Below are positions 56,511 through 64,000 of a stretch of 64,000 nt of DNA, one piece after another. Position numbers and translations under genes: made by a program. The stretch is from the NCBI GenBank assembly GCA_020184695.1, contig JAANOX010000047.1, positions 393,257 through 457,256 on the forward strand. Reading direction: 5' to 3'. Source of the DNA: Histomonas meleagridis 2922-C6/04-290x (taxonomy: Eukaryota > Protista > Parabasalia). How positions within the stretch are numbered: the first letter of the stretch is position 1; each line of letters begins with the position of its first letter. The notes beneath the pieces were generated by a model. That model saw only the letters and a list, made by a program, of their open reading frames with translations, was not told where the DNA came from and made no database searches.

Positions 56511-57698
56511 ATGAGTCAAAACATCAATAAAGAAATTGACAAAACACATTTAAAAACTTACAGTCACGTCAAAAAACACGTGCAAAATAAATTTCCAAAT
56601 GTTAGTGAAAAGAAAATTAAAAAAGTAATATCAAGGAGATTGAAGGATAAATTTATTAAAACAAAAGATATAAAACCTTATATGATAAAAATATTTTCAA
56701 CTATTCCAAATTGTTGGTTTCATGATTTATATGATAATGGAAAAAATAAAAATCCTCGTTATTGGCACGTGTTTATTGGCACAAATAATAGATATGTTTA
56801 TTGTCTGCCGTTAATGTCAAAATCAGCGTCTGCTGTTCATGAAACATTAAAACAATTCATTGTCAAATTCCATCCGGTAAAATTAACGTCAGATGAAGAA
56901 CCAGCATTTATTGAAAAAAATAATTTAAAACTTCTTTCTAAAAATAAAGTTGCCGTTCATACTATATCAGACAAAAACCATTCGTCTTTAGGCATTATTG
57001 ATAGATTCATGCGAACAATAAGAGATATGAATACTCCAACGGAAAAATCTAAACATCAATCACATGATGAAAAATAAAACATATATAAAACCAGAAAGAA
57101 TGAAAAAAAGTTTCTGAATATTTATAATAATACTTACCATTCAGCCATCGGTTGTTCTCCAAAAGAAATGTTTGATAATAAAGATTTAGAAAAAGAATAT
57201 ATATTTAAATGTTTAGAATCTTCAAAAAAACAAAAATGTATTAAGAATTTAATTCTTCCTGTTGGCTCTTTTGTACGCTATATATTACCGCGTCATAATG
57301 GCATAACTAAAAAAAGATTTCAAATAAGTCGTGAATGTTATAAAATTGATGAACGGAAAGGAAATATGTACGTTTTAATTGCTCAAGACGGAACAGTAAT
57401 TACTAAACCAAGATACAAACTAATACCTATTGGTAAGAATAAACCAAATAATATTAAAGGATTCAAAGAATCCGCGAGCACAAAGTGCTCTTGGGCGTCA
57501 ACTATTCCTGGTAAATGGGTTGGTTCTGTTGAGTCAATTTTGTCATTTAATCCTAAAACAAATAAGTATAAAGTACTTTTTACCGTTCCTGGGCAACGTT
57601 CATATCAAGATGAAATTCCTGCTTCATTTCTCCGCGGTAATACTCCTCATAAACAGTCAGAAATTGAAAAAAGCTTCTTCGAAGCATTGAGGTCTTAA
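56511..57698 (+). pseudogene. Retroviral-like (rve) integrase, interrupted
   Basis: WFHDLYD, LTSDEEPAF and SLGIIDRFMRTIRD catalytic core; YNNTYHSAIGCSP follows in another frame after the stop at 57075-57077; C-terminal domain in ORF 57168..57698. Confidence 0.88.
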
Positions 57699-57989
57699 GA
57701 CCGAAGAATATTTTAGAAGTAAACCTAACAACCTAACCTAACTTAACTTAACCTAACAAAAAAAATTCGAGAAAGCCTTTTATGAAATTCAGCATTTTGC
57801 ATAGTATGTGATTTTTCTTTTTTTTTCTATCGGTTGATCTTTTTATTAAAGTGTTCTTTAACGACTTTCAATAATGAAAAGCTTCTTGTTGTTAAATCTG
57901 TTCCGAAGTAATTATTATACATATCACACAATTCACCAATCTCTAATTCTCCGTCAGGAACTGAAGCAAGAAATGAATCAAAACTTAAT

Positions 57990-59168
57990 TCAATACTCTG
58001 AACTTTTTGTTTTTACTTCTTGTTTCTCTTCTGTATTAATTCCTAATTTCTCCATTAACGTTTGAATATAATCGGAAAATCTACTTTCTAATACTTCCGG
58101 TAAGTCTCTAATTAAAATTTGATTTATATCTCTTACGATTGACTGAGCATAAACTTTTATTGCAGTTGAATTTTCAAATGTTATTGAACTTTTAGCTATT
58201 GAACCGATGGAGTTTTTCATAAAATTATAAATGGTCATAAAATGATCAGAAATAAATTTTTCAAATGATTTCTTTAAATATTGTTCAATTGTTAAATACT
58301 CTTCTGTTTCATTAAATTGTATTTTTTTGCGATTAGAAATTGTAATCTATTAATTAAAGTTTGATTGTGTTCGGTAAACGCTTTAATTACTCTTTTTGTG
58401 ATGACTTAGTGTCAAATACATTTCGTATAGTTTTTTCGTATTTGTTTCGGCTGATTTCATCAAAAGCATTTTTATACATGTCATAGTATTCATCCAACAA
58501 TTCCGTATAATTCTTATTGACAAATTCATGAACAAATTCATTAAGATTTCTTATAACATCTTTGTTTGAATGAGGAATCGACAAAAAAAACTCAATCAAT
58601 CTCTTTTTCTTTCTTCTTCTTGCTCTCTCTGTAAACATTTTTTTTTTTTTTTTTTTTTTGTAACTGTATGTTGGTTAGCTAATCGCTCGTAAACTACTAT
58701 TTGCTCTTGGAGTTCTTGTTCCATTTCTTTGTATATGTGATTCTCACGATAATATTTATTTATTAATCTATCTTCAATTATTTCAGGAAGGTTCTTTTGC
58801 ATGTTCTTTAAATTTTCAATATCTTCTAAATCATCTTTATCTAATTCATATTTTCCGATAATAGCGTCGTATTGTTTTAATTTCTTTTCGATTTTATGAT
58901 CTAAAGTATCGTATTGTTCATCAAAGTTTTCATTAACGTAAGTTTCAATTGCTTCTTTGTCGAATAGTTTTAATTTTTCTTCACTGTGTTTAATAACGCT
59001 TTCGAAATGCTCTATGTTCCATAAAAGAGAATTATAATAATTTGATTGTGGTTTGAAAACCTCAATCGGACAATCATTAATAGTACATTTCATTAAACTT
59101 TTGCCGTAAACGTAAACGTAATTTTCAAGAGTTGTTGTTGCAGTAAGTGGAACTAACTTATCACACAT
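57990..59168 (-). pseudogene. Fragmented hypothetical element gene(s)
   Basis: ORFs 58596..59168, 58387..58638 and 57990..58238 on the same strand, with breaks at long T/A runs. Confidence 0.45.
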
Positions 59169-59318
59169 TTATATACAAATAAAAAAATTAAATTTAAAAA
59201 AAAACTAACTTTATTTTTTCTGAGCAAACAAGCGTTTTCTGAACTACAACATCAAGAAACAGCACTAAATACAACATTCAACATAAAAATAAGCCTTTTC
59301 CGTCAATTAATCATCATC

Positions 59319-60000
59319 AGCAGCAGTAAACATGTAAAATTCACGTCATATCATCAAGTTAGAATTCAACCTCAAAAATATATGGACTTTTACGAAAAGG
59401 CTTTCTCGAATTTTTAATGGTAGGTTAAGTTAAGTTAGGTTAGGTTGTTAAGTAGCAGTAGAAATATTTTAACAACAACACACAACTTTCCACATAGGAT
59501 TAACATCAAAACACAACTTTCGACATAGAATTAACAGCAACTTTTCCGTGAACTTATAGTTAGCAGCAGCAGTAAACATGTAAAATTCACGTCATATCAT
59601 CAAGTTAGAATTCAACCTCAAAAATATATGGACTTTTACGAAAAGGCTTTCTCGAATTTTTAATGGTAGGTTAAGTTAAGTTAGGTTAGGTTGTTAAGTA
59701 GCAGTAGAAATATTTTAACAACAACACACAACTTTCCACATAGGATTAACATCAAAACACAACTTTCGACATAGAATTAACAGCAACTTTTCCGTGAACT
59801 TATAGTTAGCAGCTCCAGTAAACATGTAAAATTCACGTCATATCATCAAGTTAGAATTCAACCTCAAAAATATATGGACTTTTACGAAAAGGCTTTCTCG
59901 AATTTTTAATGGTAGGTTAAGTTAAGTTAGGTTAGGTTGTTAAGTAGCAGTAGAAATATTTTAACAACAAAACACTAAAATCCACATAGGATTAACAACA
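59319..60000. repeat. Subterminal tandem repeat, 246-bp unit, about 2.8 copies
   Basis: CATGTAAAATTCACG recurs at 59331, 59577 and 59823, and the copies are nearly identical. Confidence 0.95.
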
Positions 60001-60117
60001 ACTCAGCCGGATTAATGCCTCACACATTTTAAATATAAATGTCATCATGAATTTAAATATATTTTATTACTTTCAATCAAAACCAACCGATTTATGATAA
60101 TTCAATCGATTTTAGCC

Positions 60118-60198
60118 GTTCATCCTTTAGTTTATGTAGCGCGAGTGGGAGCGAGTGCGTAGCACGAAGCTCACATAGCGCTGTGTGTGTGTGTGTGT
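60118..60198 (-). repeat. Right imperfect terminal inverted repeat of element 1
   Basis: TTTATGTAGCGCG...CGAAGCTCACATAGCGCTGTGTGTGTGTGTGTGT is the inverted counterpart of the left end. Confidence 0.8.
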
Positions 60199-60649
60199 AG
60201 TATGTGAATCTTATTTCATTCCTCATTAAATTTATTTCATCTCCTGTTAGTGTTCTTGGTCTAAGCATTATATCTTCTACTTCTGTATCTGTACAAGTTT
60301 CTTCATCATCTGCATAGTATTCTTGCTCATTAACTATCTTCATATGGTATCTAGTGATACTTGGTACTAATTGTGGATGTGTTTGGTAACTTGGTGTTTG
60401 ATCTGATCGAAATCTGATTTCGAGATTTTGTTCTTCATTTGGTCCCATATTCTCTCTGAAAGGTTCTGGACTGGTGTATGTCGATTCTGTGTTGCTTGCG
60501 GTGACACACACACAGCGGGGCCTCCATCCCTTCGGGATTTCAGCCCGTTATAAAAAGATATATCATTTGCAGAATTACTTTGTCACAAGGACCGGTTTAA
60601 TTTCAAAAATTAATTATTTAAGACTTTGCTATGTGCTGATTTTATTTTT

Positions 60650-60845
60650 AAAAGTTAGTATTTTGAAGTATATATCCTTACATGATAATGTTAAATATTA
60701 GGTTTTTAAAAGTTGAATTTTGAAGTATATGTCCTTACATGATAATGATAAATATTAGGTTTTTAGAAGTTGAATTTTCAAAATATATGTCCTTACATGA
60801 TAATGATAAATATTAGGTTTTCGAAAGTTGAATTTTCAAAATATA
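60650..60845. repeat. Tandem repeat, 57-58-bp unit, about 3 copies
   Basis: CATGATAATG(A/T)TAAATATTAGGTTTT starts at 60681, 60738 and 60796. Confidence 0.9.
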
Positions 60846-60846
60846 T

Positions 60847-61615
60847 TTCTTCAATGTCCTTGATGTCCACGGTTGTCTTATGGACGAACACTTCTCTTGA
60901 AACTTACCCGCAACACGCAACTACGCAACACGCAATTTTCAAACATATGATGTTGTATAATATATATTGCTACAAATTATTTTAATAATACCCTTTTTAT
61001 AAAAGACATAGTCAGACATAATATTATTAATATATAAATTGTTGAAATATAAATTGTTGAAATATAAATTGTTGAAATATAACTGTTGAAAATATAATAT
61101 ATATATATATTGTCTGTCTATGTCTTTTATAAAGGGTTATTATTATAATAATTGTTAGCAATATATATTAAGCAATATATATATATATATTATTGTTGTT
61201 ATGTTGCGTAATTGCGTAAATTGTCGTGTTGCGGGTAAGTTTTAGATGAAGTTATATGTCTACGGACAGACCGGGACATCAAGGACATTGAAGAAATACT
61301 ATAAAAATATAACCAAAAAAATAACATATTTTTTAATATATATTTTTTTACACAACTTTTGTTAAAACTTATGTTGTTTGTATTTATATTGTTTATTGTT
61401 GTTTTGTTGCGTAATTGCGTAAATTGTCGTGTTGCGGGTAAGTTTTAGATGAAGTTATATGTCTACGGACAGACCGGGACATCAAGGACATTGAAGAAAT
61501 ACTATAGATTTACTATAAATCTGCTGTAATATTGATTGTTGAAAAATAATATGTTTATAAGTATTGTTTTCATAAGTATTGTTTTCATAAGTATTGCTTT
61601 CATAAGTATTATGTT
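60847..61615. repeat. Nested inverted and direct repeat complex (origin-like)
   Basis: Inverted arms 60847-60935/61202-61295 and 60959-61018/61110-61169 surround four 15-bp repeats (61036-61095). There is a 102-bp direct repeat (61202-61303, 61405-61506) and a second set of four 15-bp repeats (61559-61615). Confidence 0.88.
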
Positions 61616-61704
61616 TGGAAAAATATATATCAAAAATATTACTTTTAAAAAACAGTATTGTTTTTATATAATTTCATTTTTTTTTCTCCTTATAAAAATA
61701 GATC

Positions 61705-63915
61705 ATGTCGCAGACTACGACAACATTAAAAGAACGTTTTGGTAATAATATCATCAACTTATATAATTATAATAAACACGACAAAAGACAACCCGGAAGA
61801 AACACTGTTACAGGCAAAGCTTTATTAAATAATAAAATTAAAAATTTATCAGTAATAGATATTGATATAAATAAATCTTTAGATAACGATACTAAAGATA
61901 AAATACGTAATAATATTTTATCTAAGTTATCTGATGATGATATTGTTGTAAAAACAGCTTCAGGCGGTTTACATATATACTGTAATACAGATGATTTTAT
62001 TGCTAATAATAACAGAATGATTAAATGTTATAAATCTAATGAATTTGATATAGATATATTTAATTGTTATGATGAAAATAAACGTTCATTAATTGTAATG
62101 GCGGGTTCAAAATATAGAGATTCATCACATAAATTACCTATTTCAACATATGAATTTATTAGAGGTAATTATGACAGTATTATTATCAGAAATGTTAATG
62201 ATATATTAAAAGATTTAGATATAAAAAAATAACTATAGAACAACCACAGGAAGTTCAAAATATTATTAAGATGTATAATAACTCTGACAATATCACTGTC
62301 GGTTTTGCTAGAACATTAATGTATGGTTTAGAAGGTCTTGAAATACATAATGATTCTGGTGATATACCTTTATCAAAAGAAATAACACTATTTCCACTAT
62401 TTCAAGCTATTAATAGTTTACCAAATGAAGTAATAAATGAAGCATATGACTTTATATATAATAATTGTAACTTAACGCCTAATGCTAAATCTAACTTTTA
62501 TAATGCTAAAGAGAGATATATGCATTTACAAACTCATTACGGAGTTTTAATTAAAATAATCAAACTTTATAATAACGATTTTTTTATAAAAAATTCATCA
62601 AAAAAATGATGTTGACGATATTGTTATACATGATATAATACTTAATGACGATTTTATCATGACAAATATACGTGAGAAATCTGAAAAACATATATATGAA
62701 TGTTTTAAGGATATTGTTGAAGATCTAAGCAAAGTAATTAGATTTGTTGAAAGTAATAATTTAATGTTTATTATTAAAACGTATGATATTCATAATAATA
62801 AATATGTTATTGGTTATATGACAAATACTAATATGAAAGAATTGCTTAAAATGATTAAACTTTGGAAAGATGATAGAAAAACAATTACTGCTTACAACGC
62901 TTTTATAGCATATCAATCAAAACTAACTATAAAGGGAGTTAGATTCTATAGTGAAAATAACAAAGATATATTTTCTATATTTCAAGGATATAAATACAAA
63001 TCTGTTGATAAAATAAACATAGATATAATATCTAAATACTTAAGTCTTATTCATGAAGTTATTGCTGATAATAATAATGATATATATAATTATTTATTAA
63101 ATTGGGTATCATATATAATACAAAATCCCGGAAAAAAGACTGAAACTGCAATTGTTTTAAAAGGATTGCAAGGTATTGGTAAGAATACATTTACTGACGT
63201 TATATGCGAATTATTAGCAGGTTACAGTGAAAAAAATATTAATCAAATAGGTGAATTAACAGGTAATTTTAACAGCGTTGTTGAAAGTAAAATGTTGTTA
63301 GTATTAAATGAATTAAAAAATGTAGGTGAAGACAGACTTGCTAACTTTGATACATTAAAATCAATTATTACTGATAAAACCATAAGAATTAATGAAAAAA
63401 ATCAACCCAGAAGAACTTCTGAAAACGTTGCTAATTGTATATTCGTTACTAATAACAGTTATCCTGTAAAAATTGAATCAGGTGACAGAAGATATGTTGT
63501 ATTAACTTGCAATGGCAAATATAAGGACAATCATGATTATTGGAATACTTTATATAACAGTTTTACTACTGAGTTTTATAATTATTTATTAACATATTTT
63601 ATGAACAGAGATATTAATAATTATAATCCTAGAATCATACCTATAACTGAATCTAAACAAGATTTAATAGAAGCTTCTAGAAATCCTGTAGAACAATTCA
63701 TATGTGATAATTATGATAAATTATGTGAGGGTTGGTTATGTTCAGAAGTATTATATAATAAACCATATGATATTAAAGAAAGGTCTTTTCAACTTCAATT
63801 AAAAGATAAGTGTTATAGAAAACGTCAAACTTCTGGTGAAAGAAAGTGGTATTATATATTAAAGGATGAGTATAAAAATATATATCATCAAACAGAAAAT
63901 GTTGATAATGATTAA
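61705..63915 (+). pseudogene. PrimPol (bifunctional primase-polymerase) fused to D5-like SF3 helicase, split at two A-runs
   Basis: VIDID and KTASGGLHIY (AEP/PrimPol motifs) in ORF 61705; GLQGIGKNTF, LLVLNE, IFVTNN and GDRRY in ORF 62659. Frame breaks fall at poly-A tracts near 62225 and 62600. Confidence 0.85.
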
Positions 63916-64000
63916 CTCTTAAATACAGCTACTGTATTATTATCAATTATTGAAGTTATTTTTCCTATAATCATACTGTTTATTTTTGTTGTTAATACAG

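Larger units (their letters stand above)
36672..60198. mobile_element. Maverick/Polinton-like endogenous viral element 1 (~23.5 kb, many genes frameshifted)
   Basis: Inverted (AC)n-AGCGCTAT...CGCGCTACATAAA termini enclose an integrase, family B polymerase, packaging ATPase, D5-like helicase, KilA-N and capsid-like genes. This gene set defines Mavericks, which are abundant in trichomonads. Confidence 0.9.
60504..64000 (+). mobile_element. Left end of a second Maverick-like element (incomplete in window)
   Basis: ACACACACACAGCG terminus at 60504 of the same type as at 36672, followed by repeats and a primase-helicase gene in the same position and orientation as in element 1. Confidence 0.75.

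Noticed and set aside
59420-59945. Telomere or chromosome end suggested by TTAGG-like units
   Set aside because: Only two or three imperfect units occur per copy, embedded in a 246-bp repeat with normal sequence on both sides.
36660-60210. Target-site duplication for element 1
   Set aside because: No matching 5-8 bp sequence flanks the two termini for any boundary I tried.
60092-60511. ORF 60092..60511 as a complete gene
   Set aside because: Its start and end lie inside the (AC)n termini of the two elements; only the central spacer could be a true coding fragment.

Overview
AT-rich eukaryotic DNA with the gene content and signals of a parabasalid (trichomonad) protist; the species cannot be determined from the sequence. 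Bases 1-36.3 kb are compact host genes: Rab GTPase, gamma-adaptin, MOK-like kinase, RRM protein, PH-AGC kinase lacking its catalytic aspartates, NIPA-type transporter, class II aldolase, COG5-like, broken SDR, ankyrin gene, degenerate P-type ATPase, RIC1-like, mucolipin-like channel, TM-less syntaxin, beta-amylase, TBCC-domain protein, an intron-containing coiled-coil gene and a BspA-like LRR surface protein. Bases 36672-60198 are a ~23.5 kb Maverick/Polinton-like endogenous virus bounded by diverged (AC)n termini. It carries a D5-like helicase, packaging ATPase, HNH nuclease, HxH-repeat tail-fibre-like gene, family B polymerase, KilA-N, putative capsid proteins and an integrase, many of them frameshifted. 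A second related element starts at 60504 with an origin-like palindrome/repeat region and a PrimPol-helicase, and runs off the window. The most unusual observation is downstream of the ankyrin ORF: nine units at an exact 170-nt period. Each unit is a stop-free ankyrin segment plus an 80-nt AT-rich stretch. Exactly 68 nt must be removed per unit to restore a 34-aa repeat, and these stretches lack the splice signals seen in the one ordinary intron in this window. No rRNA, tRNA or CRISPR array was recognised. All family assignments come from motif recognition, not database searches.
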